DNA of 24,000 nt from an uncultured bacterium (GTDB lineage: Bacteria; Chloroflexota; Dehalococcoidia; Tepidiformales; Tepidiformaceae), in the NCBI GenBank assembly GCA_963832795.1, contig CAWHVJ010000008.1:28997-52996 (forward strand), in the 5' to 3' direction. This document shows positions 7,667-15,896 of the stretch, one piece after another. Position 1 is the first letter of the stretch. Every line of letters begins with the position of its first letter. Made by a program: the position numbers and the translations under genes. Under the pieces are notes generated by a model. It was given only the letters and a program-made list of their open reading frames with translations, did no database searches and had not been told where the DNA came from.

Positions 7667-7763
7667 GCCTTGGCGCCGCTCACGGGGCGTCCCGTTATGA
7701 CGGGACGGCAGCGCGCTTTCTGGGGAGGCCCGTACCTATCCTGAGAGAGAAGGACGGTCTGGT

Positions 7764-10235
7764 TTGACCGAACCACTCCAGGTCGGCCAGTTCGCGATCG
7801 TTGATCACGAGCCGGTGGACCGCGGGCCGAACGCCGGCGTTTTCCACGGCAAAGGGCCCACCGACGATCGCGCTGAGCTATTTATCGTGGCCGAAGGGAC
7901 GACGCCTGCGGGCGAGGCGTTCGCGGGCCACGTCGTCTCGGCGCTCGGCCATGCCTTCAACTCTCTCGATATGAGCCTCACGGGCGCGCTCCAGCGCCTG
8001 TTCGAAGAAGCGGAGCGGAACCTCCTTGATTGGAATCGCAAGAGCATCGCCCAACACCGCGTGAGCCTCGGGCTGAGTGCGTTCGGGCGACGCGGCACGC
8101 AGGCGGTGGTCGCGCAGGCCGGACCGTCGGCCGTGTTCCACCTGCACGACGGCGAGGTCATCGCGTACTTCGCCGACGAGGAACATGGCCGCCCGATCGG
8201 AGCTGGCCCGGTTTCGCCGCAGCTCACGCGCATCGATTTCGCGCCGGGCGACCGGCTGCTGATGATCACGACGCCCGCGTTGACGGAGCTCGATGACGAG
8301 CTGATCGGCGGGATGTTGAGGCTGCCTGAGCCCCAGGTACTGCAGGACCTCTACCACCGGCTCCGCGACCTCCGGCACCTGACGACGGTGCTCGTGACCG
8401 GCGCACCAGAGCTGCCGGCGCTGCCGCCGGGCGACGATGACTTCGTGATCGACGCGACCTCGCTGCTGCCCGAGGGCGGAGCCGACGATGCCGGAACGGA
8501 AGTGGCCATCGCCGTCCCCGAGAGCACCTACCAGCCGAGCCTCTTCGTGAGCGCCCAGGCAGAGGATGCTGTGGCGACCGCGCGCAGACTTCTGACGGAG
8601 GTCATGCCGCGGCGCCAGATGGAAGCTGCGGTACCGACACTGATGGAGGAGATGCCCGCGCCGCTGCTGCGGGTGAGTGGAGAGAGCCCCCTGGCGCAGC
8701 TCGCGGCGGAGCGGCAGGCGCGGGCATCGCTCGCGCACGCGGCGCTCGCGAATGCGGCGCTCGTCGCGCGGCAGGCACAACGGACGACCGGTGGCGGCGG
8801 GTCGCGGCCGCCGACAGATTCGCTCAGCGGTTCGACGCCGGCGCGGCGGCGGCACGACCGGCGTGACAGCTTCTCGCGCGGCCTTGTCCACGAGGAGGTG
8901 CCGGCACGGCCTTCGCCAACGGTCGAGGCCATGCCGCTGGTGGACGAGCTGGCGGCTGAGCATCGTACCCGCGCCGCGACCGTCATGCCGATGGCCCAGA
9001 CGATTGCGGGCGACACGGCGGCGACGATCAACAACGGCGGATCGCTGGTGCGCGTCCGCGGGAACATGGGCGGGCGATGGAAGTCGTCCGGCGGCGGGAC
9101 GTTCTCCCGGCGCCCCACGGCAAACGCCAGCCTGCCGCCGACCTGGCTGGTGGTGCTGACGGGCCTGGGCATCCTCCTGGGGCTTATCGGGTTCATCATG
9201 CTGCCGAAGCTGATGAGCCAGCAGTCGGGCGAGCGGTACGCCTCGCTCATCGACGGCGCGCAACAGCGGCTGAGCAATGCCCAGGTGCTCGCGGACCCCG
9301 CGGAACGGCGGACATCGCTGACAGATGCGCAGGCGATGTTGCTCGAGGCGAAGGATTCGAAGCCGAACGACGCGGCCGCAGCCCAGCTCCTCGACCAGGT
9401 GAACGCGGCCATCGCAACGATGGACAACATCAAGACGCCGGCCGCCGTGGAAGTCGTGGGCTCGCTGGAGCAGTTCGGAGACAAGCCGGTGAGCGTGGCG
9501 CGGATGGCGGTGAGCGACGACACGGCCTACATCCTGGACAACGCCTCGGGCCAGGTGATCGCGATGACGCTGGCGACGGGCGATCGAAAAGTTGTGTTCG
9601 GTCAGGACGCCGACAAGCACCAGGGCCGCCCCGTGGCGACGGCGTTCCTCGACTCGAGCGACTTCGCCGGGCCTGTGGACCTGATTGCGGACCAGTCGCA
9701 CCAGCTATGGTCGTATTCGCCGCCGAACGGGCTGGCTGCGGTGCCGTTCGCGGCCCCGGCGGGCGTGACGATCACGGACATCGCCACGAGCGGGCGTGAC
9801 CTGTACGTGCTCGATGCGAACGCGGCGGTGGTGTACCGCTTCACACAGGACGGCAACGGGTTCGCCGCCGCCCCGCAAAAGGTGCTGGAGACGCCGGACC
9901 TGGCAGCCGCGCGACGCTTGATGGTCGACGGCGACATCACCACTGCCGACGCGAACGGCGCGTTACACAGCTTCACGGGCCAGGTGGCGCTGCAACTGTC
10001 GCAGGGCGGGATCGACAAGAAACTGATCGCCGACGCGACGCCACAGACGCTGACGAAGAACGGGGAGCTCGGGTTCCTGGACGCGCCGAACGACCGGATC
10101 GTGTTCTTCCGACGCGACGGGACGTTCTCGTCGCAGTACCGGCACAAGGACTTCGCTTCGAGCAGCGCCTTCGCCGTCCGAAACGGGATCGGCTACGTGT
10201 TCAGCGGCGGGAAGCTGCGCAAGGTCAGCTTCTAA
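7764..10235 (+). CDS. Large membrane protein: degenerate PP2C-like N-terminal domain, disordered linker, one TM helix, C-terminal repeat (beta-propeller-like) domain
   Basis: An 823-codon ORF with consistent G/C third positions. TTG start at 7764 with GAGAGAAGGA 9 nt upstream. N-terminal blocks ELFIVAEGTTPAGEAFAGHVV, AVVAQAGPSAVFHLHDGEV and GDRLLMITTPALTELDDE follow the PP2C/SpoIIE block order, but the Asp/Gly metal-binding residues are replaced. TM helix WLVVLTGLGILLGLIGFIML. The C-terminus has recurring AYILDN.., LYVLDAN..VVYRF and LGFLDAPNDRIVFF strands. Confidence 0.8.
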   Translation: MTEPLQVGQFAIVDHEPVDRGPNAGVFHGKGPTDDRAELFIVAEGTTPAGEAFAGHVVSALGHAFNSLDMSLTGALQRLFEEAERNLLDWNRKSIAQHRVSLGLSAFGRRGTQAVVAQAGPSAVFHLHDGEVIAYFADEEHGRPIGAGPVSPQLTRIDFAPGDRLLMITTPALTELDDELIGGMLRLPEPQVLQDLYHRLRDLRHLTTVLVTGAPELPALPPGDDDFVIDATSLLPEGGADDAGTEVAIAVPESTYQPSLFVSAQAEDAVATARRLLTEVMPRRQMEAAVPTLMEEMPAPLLRVSGESPLAQLAAERQARASLAHAALANAALVARQAQRTTGGGGSRPPTDSLSGSTPARRRHDRRDSFSRGLVHEEVPARPSPTVEAMPLVDELAAEHRTRAATVMPMAQTIAGDTAATINNGGSLVRVRGNMGGRWKSSGGGTFSRRPTANASLPPTWLVVLTGLGILLGLIGFIMLPKLMSQQSGERYASLIDGAQQRLSNAQVLADPAERRTSLTDAQAMLLEAKDSKPNDAAAAQLLDQVNAAIATMDNIKTPAAVEVVGSLEQFGDKPVSVARMAVSDDTAYILDNASGQVIAMTLATGDRKVVFGQDADKHQGRPVATAFLDSSDFAGPVDLIADQSHQLWSYSPPNGLAAVPFAAPAGVTITDIATSGRDLYVLDANAAVVYRFTQDGNGFAAAPQKVLETPDLAAARRLMVDGDITTADANGALHSFTGQVALQLSQGGIDKKLIADATPQTLTKNGELGFLDAPNDRIVFFRRDGTFSSQYRHKDFASSSAFAVRNGIGYVFSGGKLRKVSF

Positions 10236-10275
10236 GGCGAGTGCCCGCAGCCCTGCTTCCCTGTACCCTCTGCTG

Positions 10276-11322
10276 GTGACTGAAGAGAAGGCCTACGCCG
10301 CCGCGGGCGTGGACATTGCCGCGCGGAGCAAGTTCGCAGCCAGCCTGCCCGCCATCCTGGCGCAGGCGCGCCGGCCGGAGGTCCTGAGCGATGCGGGTCC
10401 GTTCAGCGGACTGTTCCGCCTCGGAGAGAAGTACCGCGACCCGGTGCTCTCAGCGAGCGCGGACGGGATCGGGACGAAGGTGAAGCTGCTGCTGGCGGCG
10501 GACCGGCTCGACCTCTGCGGCCCGGACATCCTCGGCCACAGCGTGAACGACATCATGGCCTGCGGCGCGGAGCCGATCTTCTTCCTCGACTACATCGCCG
10601 GGAATGGGCTGACGACCGAGCAGAAACAGACAATCGTCGAGGGCGTGGCGCGCGCGTGCGCCGAGCAAGGCTGCGCGCTCCTCGGTGGCGAGACCGCCGA
10701 CATGCCCGACGTCTACGCCCCGGGCGACTTCGATCTTGCCGGCTTCATCGTGGGCGTGGTCGAGCGCGATCGAATCATCGATGGTTCGAAGATCGCGGTG
10801 GGCGACGTGCTGCTCGGTATTCCGAGCTCGGGGCTGCACACGAACGGCTACTCGCTGGCACGAAAGGTGCTGGGCGTCGGCGACGGCGAACCGATGGATG
10901 AGACACGTACACGGCTGGAGGAGCGACCGCCGGTGCTGGGCGGCAAGCGCGTGGGCGAAGCGTTGCTGGCGACGCATCGGCCGTACTACCAGATGGTCGC
11001 GCCGGTGCTCGACCGGGTGCACGGCATCGCACACATCACCGGCGGTGGCTACGTCGAGAACGTCCCGCGCATCCTGCCCGCGGGGGTGACGGCCGCCTTC
11101 GAGACGCGCTCGTGGCCCGTGCTGCCGATCTTCGAGCTCATCCAGCAGCGCGGCGAGATCTCGGCGGAGGAGATGTACGAGGTGTTCAACATGGGCATCG
11201 GGCTGGTGCTCATGGTGTCGGCCGACGATGCCGCCGACATCCGGGCGGCGATACCCGAGGCGCTCGATGTTGGGCGCATCGTGGCTGACACGGGGCGGCG
11301 GGTCGAGCTGAGGGGACTGTAG
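10276..11322 (+). CDS. purM: Phosphoribosylformylglycinamidine cyclo-ligase (AIR synthetase)
   Basis: AYAAAGVDIAA, SADGIGTKVKL, GHSVNDIMACGAEPIFFLDYIA, LLGGETADMP, SSGLHTNGYSL and AHITGGG are classic PurM blocks. GTG start at 10276 with no SD. Confidence 0.95.
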   Translation: MTEEKAYAAAGVDIAARSKFAASLPAILAQARRPEVLSDAGPFSGLFRLGEKYRDPVLSASADGIGTKVKLLLAADRLDLCGPDILGHSVNDIMACGAEPIFFLDYIAGNGLTTEQKQTIVEGVARACAEQGCALLGGETADMPDVYAPGDFDLAGFIVGVVERDRIIDGSKIAVGDVLLGIPSSGLHTNGYSLARKVLGVGDGEPMDETRTRLEERPPVLGGKRVGEALLATHRPYYQMVAPVLDRVHGIAHITGGGYVENVPRILPAGVTAAFETRSWPVLPIFELIQQRGEISAEEMYEVFNMGIGLVLMVSADDAADIRAAIPEALDVGRIVADTGRRVELRGL

Positions 11323-11331
11323 CTCCGAGCG

Positions 11332-12860
11332 ATGGCTGACGACGGGCTCATAGGTACCTGGGTAGGGCTGGTCGACGGTGGAGGCCCGTCACCGACGTTC
11401 GTGTGCGTGCGCATCGGGCTCGAGGGCGCTTCGGCCGACGTGCCGGCCGAGGGGCGATTCCGGGCACCGGCCGCCGTTGAGGGCCGAAGGCTGTTGGTGA
11501 AGGTTGGTGGAACCCAACATGCGCTGGCGCCGGGTAAGGGGTTGGAGCGAGAGCGCGCCCTGAGCGACGAGGACATGCGGCGGATCTGTGGAACCTACGT
11601 AGCGGGTGACGGGTCCACGGCGCTGGTGTCCACTCGGGGCGTTGGCGACGAGACGGTGCCGTTCGTTTTCCGCGCCGATGGCCGCGGCAGCTACGAGGCG
11701 GTGCGGTTGCACCCCGTCGGCGCCGAGCGGTTGCTGGGCGAGAGCGGCGAGGTGGTGAGCGTCGGAGCAGCGGACAGCGGCAGGCGCCCCACACTGACGT
11801 TCGATGCTGGCGGCGCAACGCGGACGTTGGAGCCCGTTGATCTGTACGACGAGGAACCGTTCGGCTGGCAGTCGGGCGACCTGTCGCTGTCGGGGACGTT
11901 GTTGTTGCCGCGAGCCGAGCGGCCGACGGCGGCCATCGTGCTGATGCACGGGACGCAACCGGGGACGCGCGACTTCTACCGGATGTTCGCGCACCACTTC
12001 GTCATGGCAGGCGTGGCTGCGCTGGTGTTCGATAAGCGCGGGTTTGGCGAGACGGGTGGCGACGCCGACTCGCTGCTGGTCGACCGCGCGAACGATGCCG
12101 CCGGAGGCGGTGCGGGCGCTCAGGCAGCACCCGCGAATCGACGCGGACCGCGTCGGGGTGTGGGCGTTCAGCAACGGATCGTGGTCGGCGGCGATGATCG
12201 CGGGCGGGACTAGAGCCCGTGCGGTTCGTGGTGCTGGTGGGACCGGCGGGCGTCTCGCCGGCGGAGGCGGAGATTCACCGGAAGCTGCAGGAACTGCGCG
12301 AGTGGAAGGTCCCGGATGAGACGCTTGCGCGGGTGCGGCGGGCCTGGACGCTCGCGTACAGCTGCGTGGTGGGGACGTGGGATCCCAAATGGGACACTGA
12401 ATACGACGAGCTCATCGGCGCGCTGCACGATGATTCCCAATTGAGATCGATCCCGCTCGCCGACTATGCCGTGCAACAGCCGTGGCTGGCGCCGGTGCCG
12501 CCACCGTTTCGGGCGTCGCAGCTGCGGGAGATGGCGTTCGGGCAGATGCCGGAGATGGGCTACGACCCGTGCGACGACCTTGCGCGTGCGACCGCGCCGG
12601 TGCTGTTCGTGATCGGGGAGGACGACACGAACACGCCCGGACGGGAGGGAGCGGCGCTCGTGGACGAGGCGCTCCAGCGCGCAGGCAACCCGGATTCTAA
12701 GGTGGTTCTTTTCCCCAACGCCGGCCACTTCCTGAATGAGACCATGCCGATCTCGGGGATGAGCGCCGCGGAGGCGGCGGGCGAACTGCACTGCCTGCGG
12801 TTCGTGCCGGGATACTTCGAGATGGTGACGGAGTGGGTGGTGGCGCGGGTGCGCGACTGA
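11332..12860 (+). pseudogene. Alpha/beta hydrolase (S9 peptidase / dienelactone-hydrolase-like), interrupted by two +1 frame breaks as sequenced
   Basis: Frame 1: ..LLLPRAERPTAAIVLMHGTQPG..ALVFDKRGFGETGG..LVDRANDAA. Frame 2 (from about 12102): EAVRALRQHPRIDADRVGVWAFSNGSWSAAMIAGG, containing the nucleophile elbow AFSNG. Frame 3 (from about 12206): LEPVRFVVLVGPAGVSP..APVLFVIGEDDTNTP..LFPNAGHFL, containing the Asp and His blocks. 1529 nt minus 2 gives 509 codons. Confidence 0.75.
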
Positions 12861-12893
12861 GGTTAGGGCCGGGTTGAGGCGGAAGGCTCTCGT

Positions 12894-12923
12894 TTCACCT
12901 ATCGGCGACGGCTAAGGTATATT
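12894..12923 (+). promoter_or_regulatory. Candidate promoter of the SDR gene
   Basis: TTCACC (12894-12899), an 18-nt spacer, then TATATT (12918-12923). GGAG lies about 9 nt upstream of ATG 12957. Confidence 0.35.
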
Positions 12924-12956
12924 TCGCGCCAATACCTCAATCCCCGGAGTGACCGC

Positions 12957-13931
12957 ATGGCCTTCAGCGTCAATCTCGAGAAGTTCCGCTTTCCCGCCGA
13001 GTTCAGCGGAGGCGTGAAGGGCAAACGCGTGCTCATCAGTGGCGCGGGCAAAGACGGCGGCCTGGGCCAGTCGTTCGCGCTGGCGGCCGGGCTGAACGGC
13101 GCGGCATCGGTCGGCGTGCATTTCCACACGAGCTACGAGGACGCCCTCGACGTCGTGGACGTGCTCACGCAGCAGGGCATCAACGCCTTCCCTGTGCAGG
13201 CGGACGTCACGAACGCAGGTGACCTCTGGGCGACGCGCAGCTACATCATCGAGCGCATGGGCGGCGCTCCGAACCTCGTCATCTGCAACTCCGGGCTGAC
13301 CGAGAAGGGCTATGCCTTCGGGCGGTCGCTGCGGGAGGTCGAAGGCGAATCGATGGCGAAGCGGCGCGCGCGCGTGCGGCAGGCGTTCATGTCGAACCTG
13401 GAAGAGACACGGGCCGTGCTCGACACGAAGGTCGACGGGTTCATGTTCATGACGCACCTCTGGGCAGGCGAGGCGGTGTACGCCGAGGAGCCGCTGCAGA
13501 TCGTCTACATCTCGTCGCGCCAGTCGATCGACCCCGGTACGAGCGTACCGGGCTATTCGATCGCGAACTGGGCCGTGTTGCAGCTGCCGAAGGTGCTCGC
13601 GGTAAACCTTGGCCGGTCGGCGAACCTCGTCTCGGCGTTCTCGGTGCTGTATCCGTTCGTGCGGACGGGCATGACGGGCGAATACGCGGAGAACCCGAAG
13701 GTATTCGGGCGCTGGCAGCCGCGCATGCTGGAGACGAACGAGGCCGCGCAGGCGTTCCTGCAGGTGCTGGCACGTCCGGCGGAAGAGACGAACCAGGGGA
13801 TGTTCGAAGTGCTGGTCGACCCGGTGGAGGGGGAGCAGGACGCCGTGCGGGTGACCTGGCACGAGGTGAAGTTCAACGTCGAGGAAGCGCCGACCGTGTG
13901 GAGCGCGGAGAAGGCGCTGACCTACAAGTAA
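12957..13931 (+). CDS. SDR-family oxidoreductase, atypical (YxxxN instead of YxxxK)
   Basis: KRVLISGAGKDGGLGQSFA is a glycine-rich dinucleotide-binding motif, and NLVICNSG is NNAG-like. In IVYISSRQS...PGYSIANWAV the catalytic Tyr is present but the +4 residue is Asn. The ORF is clean, 324 aa. Confidence 0.65.
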   Translation: MAFSVNLEKFRFPAEFSGGVKGKRVLISGAGKDGGLGQSFALAAGLNGAASVGVHFHTSYEDALDVVDVLTQQGINAFPVQADVTNAGDLWATRSYIIERMGGAPNLVICNSGLTEKGYAFGRSLREVEGESMAKRRARVRQAFMSNLEETRAVLDTKVDGFMFMTHLWAGEAVYAEEPLQIVYISSRQSIDPGTSVPGYSIANWAVLQLPKVLAVNLGRSANLVSAFSVLYPFVRTGMTGEYAENPKVFGRWQPRMLETNEAAQAFLQVLARPAEETNQGMFEVLVDPVEGEQDAVRVTWHEVKFNVEEAPTVWSAEKALTYK

Positions 13932-13967
13932 GCGGGTCCAACGAAGGCCGTAGTGTAGGATCGAGCC

Positions 13968-14051
13968 ATGGCGTCGCGTGCTGCCGACCAGCTCCTGACC
14001 GCGGAAGAGTTCGCGTGGGTGGCTCTGCGCCTCGCCGAGACCTTGGCCTGA
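13968..14051 (+). CDS. 27-codon upstream ORF, or N-terminal part of the next ORF
   Basis: ATG 13968 with AGGA 8-9 nt upstream; good G/C third positions (MASRAADQLLTAEEFAWVALRLAETLA). Its TGA overlaps the next ATG by 1 nt (TGATG at 14049-14053). Confidence 0.35.
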   Translation: MASRAADQLLTAEEFAWVALRLAETLA

Positions 14052-14275
14052 TGGCGGACGGCGACGCAGGGCAGGAGCCGCGCTACGCGGCGAACTGCCG
14101 CTACCTCCAGATGACGTTCGGGAACAATCCCGACGCGGGGCTGATCAACCTCTGCCGGCACATCATCCGCGACGGCCGAGAGTGCGTGGGCCCGTTCCTG
14201 GATGACACAGAGACGCAGTGCGGTCTGTGGGAGCAGAAGCTGAAGGGCGTGCTGCGGAGCGAGGGCTGGCGGTAA
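14051..14275 (+). CDS. Small four-cysteine hypothetical protein (74 aa)
   Basis: MADGDAGQEPRYAANCRYLQMTFGNNPDAGLINLCRHIIRDGRECVGPFLDDTETQCGLWEQKLKGVLRSEGWR. Good third-position bias; stop TAA 14273-14275. I do not recognise the family. Confidence 0.45.
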   Translation: MADGDAGQEPRYAANCRYLQMTFGNNPDAGLINLCRHIIRDGRECVGPFLDDTETQCGLWEQKLKGVLRSEGWR

Positions 14276-14310
14276 ATCCCGGTCGAACCACGGTCGCTTC
14301 GCGACTGAGG

Positions 14311-14753
14311 CTACACGACGGCGCAGGCCCAGGCTTCGCTCTGGGTCTTGAGGCCGTCGGCTTCCATGTTGACGTAGTTGCGCGAGAGCCGCGCCATAGA
14401 GGACGCCGACGAGCCCGGAGAGGCCGCCCTTCGTCTGCAGCGCGAGGCGCAGGTGCGTGCCGCCGTCCTTGCTCGGCGAGATTTCGTGGGTGGCGACGAT
14501 GCGGCCGCCGAACGCGGGGCCTTCCCACGTGAAGGACTTTTTGCGGCTCGAAGGACGATGACGGTCATGGTGCTGGCGGGGAGGCTTCGGCTGCTTCACT
14601 TTCGCCTTGCTGCCGGCGCCGAAGCGTCCGCTGCCGAGCGCGCGTGATCTTCGTCATGGACTTCGTCCATTCCGGCCAGCGTTCGACATCGGCGAGGATG
14701 GCCCAGACCTGCTCGGGGCTGGCATGGATTTCGCGCGTGACTTCGAGAAACAT
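14311..14753 (-). pseudogene. SRPBCC (polyketide cyclase/START-like) protein, interrupted by five +1 frame breaks as sequenced
   Basis: Joining the minus-strand frames gives MFLEVTREIHASPEQVWAILADVERWPEWTKSMTKIT / ALGSGRFGAGSKAKVKQPKP / PASTMTVIV / FEPQK / SFTWEGPAFGGRIVATHEISPSKDGGTHLRLALQTKGGLSGLVGVLYGAAL / RNYVNMEADGLKTQSEAWACAVV, with stop TAG 14311-14313. The breaks lie near 14641, 14579 (C4 run), 14553, 14540 (A5 run) and 14383. 443 nt minus 5 gives 146 codons. GAGGTG lies 5 nt upstream of ATG 14753. Confidence 0.75.
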
Positions 14754-14857
14754 CGAACACCTCGACGTGGAGTTGATGATCGCAGTGTGCGACGACGGTT
14801 GAGCGGTCGACACCGGCTTTGGTCGCGCAGGGTTTCCGCCAAAGGGCGGACTGGAAC

Positions 14858-14886
14858 CTGACGACACCGCCGGGGGCCGGTACTCT
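14858..14886 (+). promoter_or_regulatory. Candidate promoter giving a leaderless tsaD transcript
   Basis: CTGACG (14858-14863), a 17-nt spacer, TACTCT (14881-14886), then 7 nt to GTG 14894. There is no SD in between. Confidence 0.4.
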
Positions 14887-14893
14887 AGAGCAC

Positions 14894-15896
14894 GTGAACG
14901 TCCTTGCAATTGAATCTTCGTGTGATGAGACGGCGGCGGCCGTCGTAGTGGATGGGCGGGTGCCCCGCTCGTCGATCGTGGCCAGCCAGGTGGACCTGCA
15001 TGCCAAATATGGCGGCATCGTGCCGGAGGTGGCGAGCCGGCAGCACCTGCGCAACATCGCGCCGGTTATCCGCGAAGCGCTCGAGGCGGCGGAGTGCACG
15101 CTGGACGACATTGACGGCGTGGCCGGGACGCGCGGGCCAGGGCTCGCGGGCTCGCTGCTGGTGGGCTACAACGCCGCGAAGGCGCTCGCGTTCGGGCGCG
15201 ATCTGCCCTTCCTGGGTGTGAACCACCTGGAAGGGCACATCTACGCGAACTGGCTGGTGGAAGGGCCGGAACCGCGGTTCCCGGCGTTGTGCCTGGTGGT
15301 CTCGGGCGGGCACACGGACCTCGTGTTCATGCGCTCACATGGACAGTACGAGCGGCTCGGGGGCACGCGCGACGACGCCGCCGGGGAGGCGTTCGACAAG
15401 GTCGGGCGGTTGCTCGGGCTGCCGTTCCCCGGAGGGCCGCACGTGGCGAAGGCGGCGCTCGAAGGCGGGCAAAGTTCGCTCGATCTGCCACGCGCGTGGA
15501 TGCACGGCACGTTCGACTTCAGCTTCAGCGGTCTGAAGACAGCGGTCCTCCACGTGGTGCGCGACGGCAAGTACGACATGGCGAGCATCGCGTGGGAGTT
15601 CCAGGAGGCGGTGGTCGACGTGCTGGCCGGCAAGACCTCGCGGTTGGCGCGCGAGCTGGGGGCGACAGAGGTCCTCGTGGCCGGGGGCGTTGCGGCGAAC
15701 ACGCGGTTGCGCGAAGAACTCCAGCGGCGCTGCCCCGTGCCCGTGCGCATCCCGCCGGCAAAATTCTGCACGGACAATGCGGCGATGATCGGCGCGGTAG
15801 CCGGCCATCGTTTCGCGCTGGGCGAACGCAGCGCCGATCGACCAGGACATCTTCACGACGAACCAGTGGTCGAAGGTTTCCGCGCCGGCCGGTTGA
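14894..15896 (+). CDS. tsaD: tRNA N6-adenosine threonylcarbamoyltransferase, one +1 frame break near the 3' end as sequenced
   Basis: VNVLAIESSCDETAAAVV, GGIVPEVASRQH, GPGLAGSLLVG, VNHLEGH, VSGGHT, AAGEAFDKV and CTDNAAMIG are TsaD/Kae1 blocks. After ..ALGERS (about 15833) the as-sequenced frame has A/T-rich third positions (13 of 29 codons). The +1 frame has 20 of 23 G/C and reads PIDQDIFTTNQWSKVSAPAG, with stop TGA 15894-15896. The uncorrected ORF ends at 15913. Confidence 0.9.

Noticed and set aside
7640-7763. Purine, ZTP, PRPP or guanidine-type riboswitch upstream of the 7764 gene / purM pair.
   Set aside because: I could not find the conserved cores I remember (for example the CCGCCUGGGC 3' element of ZTP, the purine three-way-junction loops, or the ykkC GGUCCGAGAG/ACGR cores). 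Only a simple hairpin is evident. This is left as an unexplained leader, not a riboswitch call.
7878-9701. 607-aa minus-strand ORF antisense to the 823-aa gene. The same applies to the other long shadow ORFs: 20930-23170 (-), 20125-21933 (+), 4341-5504 (+), 18670-19971 (-), 1439-2386 (-), 12912-13862 (-), 19206-20210 (+), 22099-23277 (+) and 8528-9523 (-).
   Set aside because: Their translations are Arg/Pro/Ala/Gly/His-rich low-complexity text with no family motifs. They lie opposite or out of frame to genes with clear motifs and G/C-rich third positions. These are the typical stop-poor shadow frames of a high-GC genome.
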